A stretch of DNA of 35,838 bases from a virus (taxonomy: Duplodnaviria > Caudoviricetes). The stretch lies in IMG/VR virus record IMGVR_UViG_3300037510_000211, positions 1-35,838 of that record. One strand, written 5' to 3'. Positions 1 to 9,166 of this stretch are shown one piece after another. How positions within the stretch are numbered: position 1 is the first letter of the stretch; each line of letters starts with the position of its first letter. Position numbers and translations under genes: made by a program. The notes below the pieces were generated by a model, which ran no database searches, was not told the DNA's origin, and was given only the letters and a program-made list of their open reading frames with translations.

Positions 1-29
1 ACCGGCTACGTCTCCAGCTCGGCGACCAC
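1..29. repeat. Terminal overlap with 35810-35838 (circular assembly junction)
   Basis: ACCGGCTACGTCTCCAGCTCGGCGACCAC matches the last 29 nt with one C/T mismatch, and the reading frame is continuous across the junction. Confidence 0.9.
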
Positions 30-870
30 CAACTACCTGGTCTCCGGGATGCTCTCCGACGTGCAGTACCAGATCGCGGTGACCGTCAAGAACGCCGCGC
101 TGGTGCAGTCGGGCACCGGCACCCGGCTGATCACCCCGTCGTACGGCTCGCCCGAGCGGCCGACCGTGACGGTCACGCCCCAGAGCGATCTGGGCTACAT
201 CCTGGTGTCGGTGAACAACCCGGCGTCCGGCTCGGTCTCGCTGGGCACGACGCCGTACACCTTCGAGTCGGGGGTGACCGGCTTCGTCTCCTCCCCGAGC
301 GCGTCGACCACGTTCACCCAGTCGAGCAGCGCGGCACACACGGGCAGCTTCAGCGGCCTTCTGACGGTCGTGTCGGCCCCGGGTACCCAGGCATATGTCC
401 GGCCGCCGCTCAGCGACTCTCCGACCATCGTGCCGGGCCGCAGGTACACCGTGAGCTACTGGGCCTACAGCCCGGCCGGGTACGCGCTGCTGGGCGACGC
501 GATCGACTGGTACGACGCCAGCGGGGTCTACCTGTCGACCAGCTCGGGCGGCAACATCGCGATCAGCGCGAGCACCTGGACCGCTCGGGCCTACACCGCG
601 ACCGCCCCGGCGTCGGCGGCCAAGCTGGTCTACGGTCCGACGCTCGGCGGCACCCCGGCCAGCGGCACGAAGCTCTACATCGACGAGCTGCTGATCGCCG
701 ACGCCAACGACCGGCCACCGGTGACCGTGAACCAGATCATGCGCAAGGAGTCCACGCAGGGGGATGATGAGTACGTCATCATCGGTGAGATCGCCGAGGA
801 CGGCACCTACAAGGACTACGCGGTCGCCTCGGGCGTGACGTACAGCTACATCGCCCGTGGCCAGGCTTAA
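1..870 (+). CDS. 3' part of giant minor tail protein (continues from 32873); Ig/FN3-like domains and a CBM4/9-like domain
   Basis: Frame is open from base 1 to TAA 868-870 and in frame with 32873-35838. CBM-like pattern TFESG...AAHTGSFS...GRRYTVSYW...DWYDASG...LYIDE. Confidence 0.85.
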   Translation, partial: TGYVSSSATTNYLVSGMLSDVQYQIAVTVKNAALVQSGTGTRLITPSYGSPERPTVTVTPQSDLGYILVSVNNPASGSVSLGTTPYTFESGVTGFVSSPSASTTFTQSSSAAHTGSFSGLLTVVSAPGTQAYVRPPLSDSPTIVPGRRYTVSYWAYSPAGYALLGDAIDWYDASGVYLSTSSGGNIAISASTWTARAYTATAPASAAKLVYGPTLGGTPASGTKLYIDELLIADANDRPPVTVNQIMRKESTQGDDEYVIIGEIAEDGTYKDYAVASGVTYSYIARGQA

Positions 871-879
871 GGGGGAGCG

Positions 880-1308
880 GTGGCATACACGGACAGCCTG
901 CCGGTGACCGGCTCGATCTCGCTGATCGGCATGTGGGTGCACGACCCGCTGGACCCCAGCGGCACGGTGGAGGACTACCCCTACGCCAAGTCGCAGCGGT
1001 CCAGCTCGATCGACACCATGCCGGAGGGGCACTTCTTCGCCGGTCGTACCTTCCCGGTGGTCGACTACGGCGAGCACCAGAACGACCAGTTCTCGGTGCG
1101 TATCAACGTGCCCAACGGCACCACGCTGATGACCGACCTCGCGAGCCTGGAGGAGTTCGCCCAGGCCCGGCGCACGCTGTGCTTCCGGGACGGGCGGGGC
1201 CGGAAGTTCTTCGGCTCGATGAGCGACTTCGGCGAGGGTGACGAGGACTGGGGCACGGCGGTCGAGTTCAACGTCCAGCGGGTCGACTTCGACGAGTCGG
1301 TAGCCTGA
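880..1308 (+). CDS. Minor tail protein, Dit-like
   Basis: 142 aa, lies just before the Tal/hub-like gene, purine-rich RBS, TGATG coupling to the next gene. Confidence 0.65.
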   Translation: MAYTDSLPVTGSISLIGMWVHDPLDPSGTVEDYPYAKSQRSSSIDTMPEGHFFAGRTFPVVDYGEHQNDQFSVRINVPNGTTLMTDLASLEEFAQARRTLCFRDGRGRKFFGSMSDFGEGDEDWGTAVEFNVQRVDFDESVA

Positions 1309-2441
1309 TGCAGACGCTCACCCCGACCGGCACGCGGAACCCGAACAGCCACACGGCCGCCGACATCCTGGACGCGCTGGTCGGCCGGTACGGCTCGCGC
1401 CGGTTCACCTTCCGTTACGAGCTGCTGGACAGCACCAACGCGCTGATCCGGGAGCTGGACAACGTGGAGTCCGGCTCGGTGTCCCAGAACTGGCTGGCCG
1501 ACATCAAGCGCACGGCCAGCTTCACCCTGCGCGACACCGGCATCATCGACTTCTTGAGCAACCGGATCAAGCCGTACGTCCGGCTGCACCTCGCCCCGTA
1601 CGGGGAGGACGATTGGGTCGAGTGGCCGCAGGGCGTCTTCCTGCTCTCCACCCCCTCCCGCCAGGCGGACGAGGCGGGCGTGGTCACCCGGGACGTGGAC
1701 GGGTACGACCAGTTGGAGATCTTCGCCGAAGAGCTGGTCTCCACCCGCTACACGGTCAGCACCGGCACCAAGTACACCGACGCGATCGTGGCGCTGCTCG
1801 GCTCGGTGACCAAGGTCGTGCAGACCAGCGCGCTGACGCTCCAGTCGGACCGGGAGTGGGAGCCGGGGACCTCGAAGCTGAAGATCATCAACGAGCTGTT
1901 GAACGCGATCAACTACAACTCGCTGAGCTTCGACGAGGACGGCAACGCGATCGTCAGCTCGTACACCGCGCCGAGCGACCGCCCGGCCGAGTACACCTAC
2001 GCCGACGACGAAGACTCGGTGCTCTTCCCGGAGATGGAGCAGACGCTCGACCTGTTCGGGGTGGCGAACAACTGGGTGCTGGTGGTCTCCGACCCCGACC
2101 GCGACCCGATCGTGGGTACCTACACCAACAACGACCCCGGCTCGCCGACAAGCACCGTGCGCCGGGGCCGGACGATCACCGACTTTCGCACCGAGCAGGA
2201 CGCGCCCGACCAGACCACGCTGGACGCCCTGGCCGCCCGGCTCGCCTTCGAGGCCAGCCAGATCTACGAGACCGTCGAGTTTGAGACCGGCTTGATGCCG
2301 ATCCACTCGGGCAACGACGTGTACCAGATCACCTTCTCCCGGCTCGCGATCGACGCGAAGTACAGCGAGCACACCTGGGAGCTTCCGCTCAAGGCGGGCG
2401 CGTCCATGAAGCACACCGCGCGACGGGTGGTGAACGTCTGA
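1308..2441 (+). CDS. Minor tail / baseplate hub (Tal-like) protein
   Basis: 377 aa; motifs IKRTASFTL, PQGVF, FDEDGNAIV, NNWVLV and position within the tail module. Confidence 0.75.
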   Translation: MQTLTPTGTRNPNSHTAADILDALVGRYGSRRFTFRYELLDSTNALIRELDNVESGSVSQNWLADIKRTASFTLRDTGIIDFLSNRIKPYVRLHLAPYGEDDWVEWPQGVFLLSTPSRQADEAGVVTRDVDGYDQLEIFAEELVSTRYTVSTGTKYTDAIVALLGSVTKVVQTSALTLQSDREWEPGTSKLKIINELLNAINYNSLSFDEDGNAIVSSYTAPSDRPAEYTYADDEDSVLFPEMEQTLDLFGVANNWVLVVSDPDRDPIVGTYTNNDPGSPTSTVRRGRTITDFRTEQDAPDQTTLDALAARLAFEASQIYETVEFETGLMPIHSGNDVYQITFSRLAIDAKYSEHTWELPLKAGASMKHTARRVVNV

Positions 2442-3313
2442 TGGCCTCCAACGGCAACATGCCCTCTCCGCTGACCTTCCTCCAGTCGGTCGCGGGCTAC
2501 AACCAGAACCAGCGCACCAGCTCGGCCGACCAGCCGATCCGGCTCGCGACCATCGACCCGGCCTTCACCAACTTCCAGAACTACCCGGATCTCCCTCCCC
2601 TCCCGAAGGTCATCTTCGACGGGGAGACGGTGGCCTCGGGCAAGCGGTACCCGTACGTGGCCGGGTACGTTCCGAGTGCCGGTCAGCGGGTGTGGATGGT
2701 GCCGATCGGGACCACCTACCTGATCTGCGGCCCGGTTGAGGCCACGGAGGTGCAGGGGTTCTACGGCTCCGCCACCGACGACTACTACTCGACCGAGTTC
2801 GGGCACGGTTCCTACCTGGAGGTCGACGCCGGGGTCTCGAACCTGGTGGTCGACGAGATCACCTTGGCGGGCTCGTCGATCCCGAAGGGGATCGTCCAGG
2901 GCAACATGTACTCCACCGACCGCGTGACCGGCCTCGTCGGCACCGAGCTGTCGGTGAACATGCAGGCGGGCTCGTACACCTTCAAGGCGGGCCGGTCGTA
3001 CCTGATCTGGGTCAAGATGAAGGTGATCTCCACCGTCACCAACGACGACTGGATCTTCCGCCTGCGCGAGAACAACACCAGCGGCACCCAGCGCGGCGAG
3101 TTCGTCTGGAAGAACCAGAGCAACAGCTACGGCTGGACCCTCCCCCCGGTGTGCTTCCCGTACCAGCCGGGCGGCTCAGACGCGACCTGGAACCCGACGT
3201 GGACCGGTCAGCGGTTGGCGGGCACCGGCACGCTGACGATCAACGGCAACACCTCGGCCACGGGGATCTGGATCGAGGACACCGGCCAGGCGAGCAAGCT
3301 CGTCTTCAACTAG
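2441..3313 (+). CDS. Minor tail protein / putative receptor-binding protein
   Basis: N-terminal YPYVAGYVPSAGQRVWMV motif typical of tail-tip proteins, beta-rich C-terminus. Confidence 0.7.
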   Translation: MASNGNMPSPLTFLQSVAGYNQNQRTSSADQPIRLATIDPAFTNFQNYPDLPPLPKVIFDGETVASGKRYPYVAGYVPSAGQRVWMVPIGTTYLICGPVEATEVQGFYGSATDDYYSTEFGHGSYLEVDAGVSNLVVDEITLAGSSIPKGIVQGNMYSTDRVTGLVGTELSVNMQAGSYTFKAGRSYLIWVKMKVISTVTNDDWIFRLRENNTSGTQRGEFVWKNQSNSYGWTLPPVCFPYQPGGSDATWNPTWTGQRLAGTGTLTINGNTSATGIWIEDTGQASKLVFN

Positions 3314-3321
3314 GAGGCACC

Positions 3322-3615
3322 ATGACCACTCCCGTGCCGACGCTCGATGACCTGGCCGCCCGGGTCACCGACCTGGAGAGCAAGATGCAGGGGCGCACCG
3401 CACGCATCCGGGACCTGGAGACGCTGACCCAGACCCAGGAGACCCGGATCGGCGCGCTCGAATCGACGTGCACCGATCTGAAAGACCGACTCGCGTCGAT
3501 CCGCCAGCGGCGCCAGTCGCCGATGCGCGACCGGATCGACGCGCTGGAGACCAAGGTCGCCGAGCTGGAGAACGACACTCCTGGCGCCTCTGCCTCTTCC
3601 AGTACGCTCAGATAG
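3322..3615 (+). CDS. Coiled-coil protein (97 aa)
   Basis: AGGAGG RBS before ATG 3322; heptad repeats RVTDLE/RIRDLE/RIGALE/RIDALE. Confidence 0.8.
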   Translation: MTTPVPTLDDLAARVTDLESKMQGRTARIRDLETLTQTQETRIGALESTCTDLKDRLASIRQRRQSPMRDRIDALETKVAELENDTPGASASSSTLR

Positions 3616-3647
3616 AAACCCACCACTCAGGAGAGCGAGGCCCAAGC

Positions 3648-3746
3648 ATGACCGAACCGATTCCTGCCGACGAGCAGGAGCGCGACATCGAGACCGAGCC
3701 GGTCGGCACCGAGGACCAGGAGGAGGGAACCGCCGATGGCGAGTAA
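3648..3746 (+). CDS. Tiny acidic hypothetical protein (32 aa)
   Basis: MTEPIPADEQERDIETEPVGTEDQEEGTADGE with GC3-rich codons; fills the gap before the lysin. Confidence 0.45.
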   Translation: MTEPIPADEQERDIETEPVGTEDQEEGTADGE

Positions 3747-4527
3747 CCCGAGCCCGGCCCGCATCACGGCCGAGATGTGGCGCTTCTGGGAGGAGCTGCA
3801 CGCCCTGGAGCCTGGCTCCGAACTGGGCGGCATCTACGCCAACAAGAGCGGCTACCACAACACCCGGGCGGCCAACAAGCCGACCAACTACTCGGTGCGC
3901 GAGGCGCCCGACCAGAGCGGCCCGAGCGACAAGGCCGCCGCGATCGACTGGACCTTCCCGGACGCGCAGCGCGGGGACTACCGCACGATCGACAAGTACG
4001 CCTCCCGGCTGCTGGCCTCGGGGCGGGACCGCAACGACCCCCGCATGGACGGGTGGCGCGAGTTCTACGGGCAGACCGACACCGACTCGCACGTGGAGGG
4101 TTGGGACTTCCGGCACCTCGTGGAGATCACCTCCGACAGCTCGCACCTGTGGCACATCCACATGTCGATCACCCGCTCGAACGTGAGCAACTGGGCGGTC
4201 TACGACGCGGCCCTGTCGGTCCTTCGGGGCGAGAGCCTGGAGGCGTGGCGCGCCCGCACCGGTAGCGTGCCGACCGTCCCGGTCTCCCACCCCACCCCGA
4301 CCGGCCACCGGCCCGGCTCGCGTGTGCTGAAGCTGGTCTCCCCGCACCTGACGGGGGAGGACGTGACCTTCGTGCAGAAGTGGATCGGCCCGCAGCACGC
4401 TGGCGCGGCGGACGGCGACTTCGGTCCGAAGACGCAGGCGGGCGTGCGCTGGTACCAGGGCATGCGGGGCATCCACGTGGACGGCGAGGTCGGTCCGCAG
4501 ACCTGGCGCCAGATGGGTATCCGGTAA
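3736..4527 (+). CDS. Endolysin: putative metallopeptidase plus PG_binding_1
   Basis: HLWHIH and AAAIDW motifs; C-terminal DGDFGPKT...DGEVGPQTW peptidoglycan-binding signature; followed by membrane genes. Confidence 0.85.
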   Translation: MASNPSPARITAEMWRFWEELHALEPGSELGGIYANKSGYHNTRAANKPTNYSVREAPDQSGPSDKAAAIDWTFPDAQRGDYRTIDKYASRLLASGRDRNDPRMDGWREFYGQTDTDSHVEGWDFRHLVEITSDSSHLWHIHMSITRSNVSNWAVYDAALSVLRGESLEAWRARTGSVPTVPVSHPTPTGHRPGSRVLKLVSPHLTGEDVTFVQKWIGPQHAGAADGDFGPKTQAGVRWYQGMRGIHVDGEVGPQTWRQMGIR

Positions 4528-4530
4528 GCG

Positions 4531-4911
4531 ATGGATTTCTCCGCCATCGTCGGGCCTGCCCTGGCGACCGTTGGGCCGTGGGGCCTGCTGATCCTGACGG
4601 TGGCGGCGGTGCTCACCGCGTTCATCAAGGGCGCGCTGGTATCGGGCTCCTCGGTCGAACGGACCGAGGCCCGGTACCAGGCCGAGCTGACCCGGATCAC
4701 CACGGCCGGGGAAACGGAACGGACTCGACTGGTCGCGCTGTGGGAAGCGCGCCTCAACGAGTCACGCCAACGGGAGCAGGACTGGCGGGCCGCGTTCGAG
4801 CGGTCCGAGGAACGGGCGGACCTGCTCGCCTCCCAGACGGAGAAACTGATGACCTACGCCCAGACGACGGATCAGTTCTTGCGCTCCCTCCCCCGGGGAG
4901 GCACGCAGTGA
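4531..4911 (+). CDS. Membrane protein with coiled coil (lysis cassette)
   Basis: N-terminal hydrophobic helix followed by a charged coiled coil. Confidence 0.75.
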   Translation: MDFSAIVGPALATVGPWGLLILTVAAVLTAFIKGALVSGSSVERTEARYQAELTRITTAGETERTRLVALWEARLNESRQREQDWRAAFERSEERADLLASQTEKLMTYAQTTDQFLRSLPRGGTQ

Positions 4912-5090
4912 GCACCCCTCCCACCTCGGGCAAGGACGCCCAGGAGGCGATCCGGCGGTCTGAGCGCAAGCTCGAAGACGCGCGGTCGAAGACGACCATG
5001 ATCGATAGACTGGCTGAGAGGCTGGCCCGGTTCGCGGAGGAGAACAACTTCGCCCACCGGATGCGGGACCTGTACCGGGAGGGCACGTGA
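4908..5090 (+). CDS. Small helical protein (60 aa), lysis cassette
   Basis: GTGA overlaps at both ends, GGAGG RBS; MSTPPTSGKDAQEAIRRS...ENNFAHRMRDLYREGT. Confidence 0.7.
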   Translation: MSTPPTSGKDAQEAIRRSERKLEDARSKTTMIDRLAERLARFAEENNFAHRMRDLYREGT

Positions 5091-5416
5091 TCAACATCTG
5101 GGTGGGCATCGGGGTGGTGGTGACCACGGTCGCGGAGCTGTGCTTCGTGGCCCGGTTTCTGCGCCTGCCCTGGTGGAAGTCGCCCGAGGGCCGCATGTTC
5201 ATGGCCAAGGACTCGGTGATCCTGCTCGTGCTCGCGCTCGCGCTGATCGCGAACTTCTGGCCGGACATGCCGTGCCGCGATCACCTACGCGTCGTGGTCT
5301 GGACGCTGATCCCGATCGTCTTCGTCTGGAAGACCGTGCTGTTCTACCGGCGCCAGGCAGAGGGCCGACGCCTCCGACTCTTGAAGAGGAATCAAGATCA
5401 TGAAGTTTCGCCTTGA
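5087..5416 (+). CDS. Putative holin-like membrane protein (~3 TM)
   Basis: Three hydrophobic segments, basic C-terminal tail, PWWKSPEGR motif. Confidence 0.7.
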   Translation: MINIWVGIGVVVTTVAELCFVARFLRLPWWKSPEGRMFMAKDSVILLVLALALIANFWPDMPCRDHLRVVVWTLIPIVFVWKTVLFYRRQAEGRRLRLLKRNQDHEVSP

Positions 5417-5762
5417 GCCGACCTTGGTCCTCCAGACCATCTCGGCCGCCCTCGCCTTCCTGGTGACCTTCGGCTTCGACTTCCTGTCGGCCGACCAGGC
5501 GGGCCTGATCGTCGCGCTGATCGCGGCAGCCTTCGGCGTGGTGAACGCGCTCAAGGTCCGGCCGGTCGCCCCGGCCGTGTTCCAGACGCTCATCACCACC
5601 GGCGCCGCGCTGCTGACCACCTACGGGCTGGACTTCTCGCAGGAGCGCATCGGCGCGTTCCAGCTCCTCGTGGTGGCCGTGGTCGCCATGCTCACGCGCA
5701 ACCAGGTGACCCCGGCCGCCGTGATGAACCCGACCGTGCCCGCTCAGGGAACGGTTGCCTGA
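5400..5762 (+). CDS. Putative holin (~4 TM)
   Basis: Highly hydrophobic 120 aa ending in an RNQVTP motif; last gene of the lysis cassette. Confidence 0.7.
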   Translation: MKFRLEPTLVLQTISAALAFLVTFGFDFLSADQAGLIVALIAAAFGVVNALKVRPVAPAVFQTLITTGAALLTTYGLDFSQERIGAFQLLVVAVVAMLTRNQVTPAAVMNPTVPAQGTVA

Positions 5763-5805
5763 CGCGCGTCCTCCCCCCGAATGCCGCTCTGGCACTGGAC
5801 GCGCA

Positions 5806-5840
5806 GGAGCCCCCGGTCGCTACCTTCGATCGGGGGCTCC
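5806..5840. terminator. Hairpin terminator between convergent arms
   Basis: GGAGCCCCCGGTCG-loop-CGATCGGGGGCTCC between convergent genes; a second hairpin (GCGCGTCC/GGACGCGC) lies just upstream. Confidence 0.75.
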
Positions 5841-5853
5841 GTCGTGCTCCGGC

Positions 5854-6045
5854 TCAGCCGGTGAGGGCGGCCAGCTTCGAGCGCAGCTCGGCGTTCTCCT
5901 GGGACAGCGCGTCCTGCCCGGCCGCCAGCTCGCTGTTCTCCTGCACGAGCTGGGCGATCTGCTTGGTGTAGCGCGAGTGGATCTGGTCGATGATCGAGGC
6001 GACGTTGACCCGGAGGTTCTGGCCGCCGTTGACGTTGGGCTCCAT
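5854..6045 (-). CDS. Small coiled-coil protein (63 aa)
   Basis: AGGAG RBS; heptad pattern LVQENSEL...LSQENAEL. Confidence 0.75.
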   Translation of the reverse strand: MEPNVNGGQNLRVNVASIIDQIHSRYTKQIAQLVQENSELAAGQDALSQENAELRSKLAALTG

Positions 6046-6054
6046 GGTGTTCTC

Positions 6055-6954
6055 CTACAGCTTGTCGGCCAGCTCGCGGTACTGCGCGAGCACGTCGGTG
6101 CCGGTGACGATCCCCCGCTGGGGGAAGAAGGTGTAGTGCGAGACGAGCGCGTTGCCGACGATCATGTTGGGCACGCCGGTGGCCTGCGGCCGGTGGATCG
6201 TGTGCCAGCTCTCCTCCTCGTACGGCACGAGGACGCCCGGCTCCTCCAGGCCCGCGTACATCGAGCCGAGCGCGGCGAAGGTCGAGACGCTGAACTGCAT
6301 GCCGAGCTGGAGCGGGAAGTCCTGGTACAGGAAGAGCTGGTCGACCGTGCCCGCCTTGATGTGCGCGAGCAGCAGCCGGTGGATCTGCACGGCGAAGCCG
6401 CCGTCCGCCCAGCCGGTCGCGTCCATGCAGTACGGCCCGCCGACCTTCGGCCACACGTAGTTCTGGTCCGCCCCCTCCCAGTGCCCGCCCAGCGTGCCCG
6501 GGGCGGGGATGACGCCGGAGTTCTGGAGGAACCACGAGATGATCGAGTTGTTCCACATGATCGGGAAGGAGCACGTGGCCTGCGGGGTCTCCAGCTTGTG
6601 CCGGACCAGCGCCTCGATCGCGTCGTCGTGCACGTAGATGATGTCGTCGTCCAGCCGGACGTACACCGTGTCGGGGTCGGTCATGTACCGGCAGAAGTAG
6701 CCGGTGTTGCGCTGCTTCGGGGTGAGGCGGGGCAGCCCGGTCGGGCGGTCCTTCGCCTTCACGAAGTCGTTCTCCCGCGCGAGCTTGTAGCCGAACCGCA
6801 GGTCCGACACCTGGTCGGGGTCGGTGTTCAGGCAGAGCCACCACTCGTCCACGATCCCGCGCTCGTGGTCGCGCTTGAGGTACTTGTGCAGGATCGAGGC
6901 GGTCTCCTCACGCCCGAAGGGCGTCCAGGCCACCACGCGCTTGCCGTCGATCAT
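6055..6954 (-). CDS. GT-A fold glycosyltransferase-like protein
   Basis: VVAWTPFGR first strand, YVRLDDDIIY DxD motif, AAGGAGG RBS, next to GT-B and epimerase genes. Confidence 0.75.
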   Translation of the reverse strand: MIDGKRVVAWTPFGREETASILHKYLKRDHERGIVDEWWLCLNTDPDQVSDLRFGYKLARENDFVKAKDRPTGLPRLTPKQRNTGYFCRYMTDPDTVYVRLDDDIIYVHDDAIEALVRHKLETPQATCSFPIMWNNSIISWFLQNSGVIPAPGTLGGHWEGADQNYVWPKVGGPYCMDATGWADGGFAVQIHRLLLAHIKAGTVDQLFLYQDFPLQLGMQFSVSTFAALGSMYAGLEEPGVLVPYEEESWHTIHRPQATGVPNMIVGNALVSHYTFFPQRGIVTGTDVLAQYRELADKL

Positions 6955-6967
6955 CTAGGGCCTCCTT

Positions 6968-6984
6968 CTGTGAACATCATCCTA
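6968..6984 (-). promoter_or_regulatory. Junction motif copy 1 (TAGGATGATGTTCACAG)
   Basis: Matches copies at 11417, 16570, 19052 and 24145; contains the upstream stop codon and abuts the RBS. Confidence 0.65.
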
Positions 6985-7987
6985 GCGCCTGCTCCCACGT
7001 CTCCCCGAGGTTCTGGAGCGTGTAGGCGGTCGCGACCTGCCGGGCCTGCTCGCCCAGGTGCCTGCGAAGCTCGGGCGAGTCGACGAGCGCCTTCAGGTGC
7101 TTCGACCACTCCCACGGCTCGCGCGCCAGCAGGATGCCGCAGTCCGAGCCGTGCCGGGCCACCCACTCGCGCATCGGCACGGTGTCCGAGGCGATCAGCG
7201 GGATGCCGAGGAAGGCCGCTTCCAGGGCCTTGGTGGGGAACTTGCACCGGTTGTACTCGGTGTCGGCGTACGGGGCCACCCACACGTCGAAGCGGTTCAC
7301 CCACCCCAAGTACAGCTCGTTGCCGTCGACCCACTCGACCGCGTTGATCCGAGGGTGCCGCAGGCCCGCCTGAGCGGCCTCCTCCAGCCCTGAACCGACG
7401 AGCTGGAGCACGGGCCTACCCTGCGGCCCTTTGTAGTCCAGAATGCGGCTCAGGGGGCGGGAGACCATCGGGAGGGAGCGGATGGTGTCGGCCGTGCCCG
7501 CCCACCCGATCGTCAGGTGCTCCGGCTCGTAGTCGCGCGCCCACCCGAGCAGCGAGGCGTGCAGCCCGTTGGGCACGGTGCGCACGTCCGGGTGGCCGGT
7601 CGCCTGCCGGATCACGTCGCCGAGGTATTCGGTGGTGACGATGATGCGGTCGGAGAGCTTGATGTTCTCGATCAGCGCGTGGTGCAGCTCCCCGCCCGGC
7701 TTCCACTCGGCGTAGGCCGCCGCGTTGCCCGGCTCGATCCCGAGGTAGTTGTCGTCGAGGTCGAGCACCAGTCGCTTGCCCCGGGCCTTCAGCTCGCGCC
7801 AGATCTGGGAGGGGCCGGGCTTCGCGACCCGCGAGCCGACGATGACCTCGGCGCTGGCCTTGCGCGAGTCGGGGAGCACCTGCGACGCCCACACCCGGTG
7901 GCCGCGCCACGAAAGGGCCGAGCTGGGGTTGGTCACCCGGTACCAGCTCGACCCGTCCGCAGAGGCCGCCCAGAAGGCGATGTCCAC
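6977..7987 (-). CDS. GT-B (GT4-like) glycosyltransferase
   Basis: GTG overlaps the epimerase TAG; motifs WYRV..P, LDLDDN, TVPNG, IGWAG, K...KALEAAFLGIPLIASD. Confidence 0.88.
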   Translation of the reverse strand: MDIAFWAASADGSSWYRVTNPSSALSWRGHRVWASQVLPDSRKASAEVIVGSRVAKPGPSQIWRELKARGKRLVLDLDDNYLGIEPGNAAAYAEWKPGGELHHALIENIKLSDRIIVTTEYLGDVIRQATGHPDVRTVPNGLHASLLGWARDYEPEHLTIGWAGTADTIRSLPMVSRPLSRILDYKGPQGRPVLQLVGSGLEEAAQAGLRHPRINAVEWVDGNELYLGWVNRFDVWVAPYADTEYNRCKFPTKALEAAFLGIPLIASDTVPMREWVARHGSDCGILLAREPWEWSKHLKALVDSPELRRHLGEQARQVATAYTLQNLGETWEQALG

Positions 7988-9024
7988 TAGAAGTCCTTCT
8001 TCCAGCAGTTGCCCGGGGTGCACTCGTCGGTGCACTCGTGCAGGAGGTCACCCTCCCCGGTCGCCGTGTCGTGCCCGGCGCCGTAGGTGGGCAGCCAGTT
8101 GTCCCGGTACCACTTGACCGTCTCCATGATCCCCTGTTCCAGCGGGACCAGCGTGCCGGGGTCGATGCCGATCAGCTCCAGGGTGGAGGTGTCGGCGGTG
8201 ACCTTCGCTCCGGCCACCTCGCCCGGCCGCATCGGCAGGTGGGTCAGATCGACCGGCTTGTAGCCGAGCGCGCTCGCCGCGTCGATCACGGCCAAGGCCA
8301 CGTCGTTGACGGTGGCCGAGACGACCGGCCCGACCTCGATCGGGGAGGAGAAGACCTGGCCCTCGGCCGCGTACTCCAGCGCGGTGACGAGCGCCCGAGC
8401 ACCGTCGCGCACGTGCACCATGTCCGACACCTGGAGCCCGTCGCCGTAGATCTCGATGTTCTGGCCGGTCAGTGCCCGGCACACGAAGGCGGGCGTGATC
8501 TTGCGGACCTTGGCCGGGCCGAACGGGGGAGCGACCGACTGGCGCGGGCCGTAGGCGTTGACCAGCCGAACGATGTTGACGTTGGTGCCGCGCTCCTTGT
8601 TGAACATGTGGACGAACCGCTCGACCGTGGTCTTCGTGATCGAGTAGCTGTTGTTCATCCAGTGGTTGCCCACCCCGATGTAAACGCCGGGGATCTTGTA
8701 CTGGGCGCACGCCTCCAGGAAGTTCAGCCCTCCCGTGACGTTGGTGTCGGCGGCCGGGCGGGGGTTCTGAATGGTCTCCTGGGTGCCGAGGCAGGCGGCC
8801 AGGTGGATAATCCCGTCGCAGTGGGCGGCCAGCTCCGCCATCGACACCTCGTCGCGCACGTCGCCGAGCATGATCTCCGCCCGGCCCGCCAGGATCAGGT
8901 TCGAGGTGGGCGGCACCATCTTGCCGGTGCGGTCGAAGACCGTCACGTCGTGGCCGTGCGAGATGGCGGTCTCCACCACGTGCCCGCCGATGAAGCCCGC
9001 CCCGCCTGTCACACCAATACGCAT
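7987..9024 (-). CDS. NAD-dependent nucleotide-sugar epimerase/dehydratase (extended SDR)
   Basis: VTGGAGFIG, IIHLAA, YSITK (YxxxK), RLVNAYGPRQ, IYGDGLQVSDMVHVRD, RPGE. Confidence 0.93.
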   Translation of the reverse strand: MRIGVTGGAGFIGGHVVETAISHGHDVTVFDRTGKMVPPTSNLILAGRAEIMLGDVRDEVSMAELAAHCDGIIHLAACLGTQETIQNPRPAADTNVTGGLNFLEACAQYKIPGVYIGVGNHWMNNSYSITKTTVERFVHMFNKERGTNVNIVRLVNAYGPRQSVAPPFGPAKVRKITPAFVCRALTGQNIEIYGDGLQVSDMVHVRDGARALVTALEYAAEGQVFSSPIEVGPVVSATVNDVALAVIDAASALGYKPVDLTHLPMRPGEVAGAKVTADTSTLELIGIDPGTLVPLEQGIMETVKWYRDNWLPTYGAGHDTATGEGDLLHECTDECTPGNCWKKDF

Positions 9025-9034
9025 TGTCGTACCC

Positions 9035-9166
9035 CTATACCTGTGAGAATGCCGGAATGCCGCAGCAGCAGCAGAACAAGAACGTCAGGAGGAAGAGGAG
9101 CACCGCCCACCTGGGGATGGGGCTCATGAACTGGATCGGGCCGAGGCGCACATTCCAGCGGAACAT
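9035..9166 (-). CDS. Small membrane protein with a CCCC tract (43 aa)
   Basis: GGAGG RBS before ATG 9166; one TM helix ending in FCCCCG. Confidence 0.6.
   Translation of the reverse strand: MFRWNVRLGPIQFMSPIPRWAVLLFLLTFLFCCCCGIPAFSQV

Noticed and set aside
4563-4578. GTTGGGCCG resembling the early operator
   Set aside because: It is inside a CDS and lacks the TTGCGC half and a -10.
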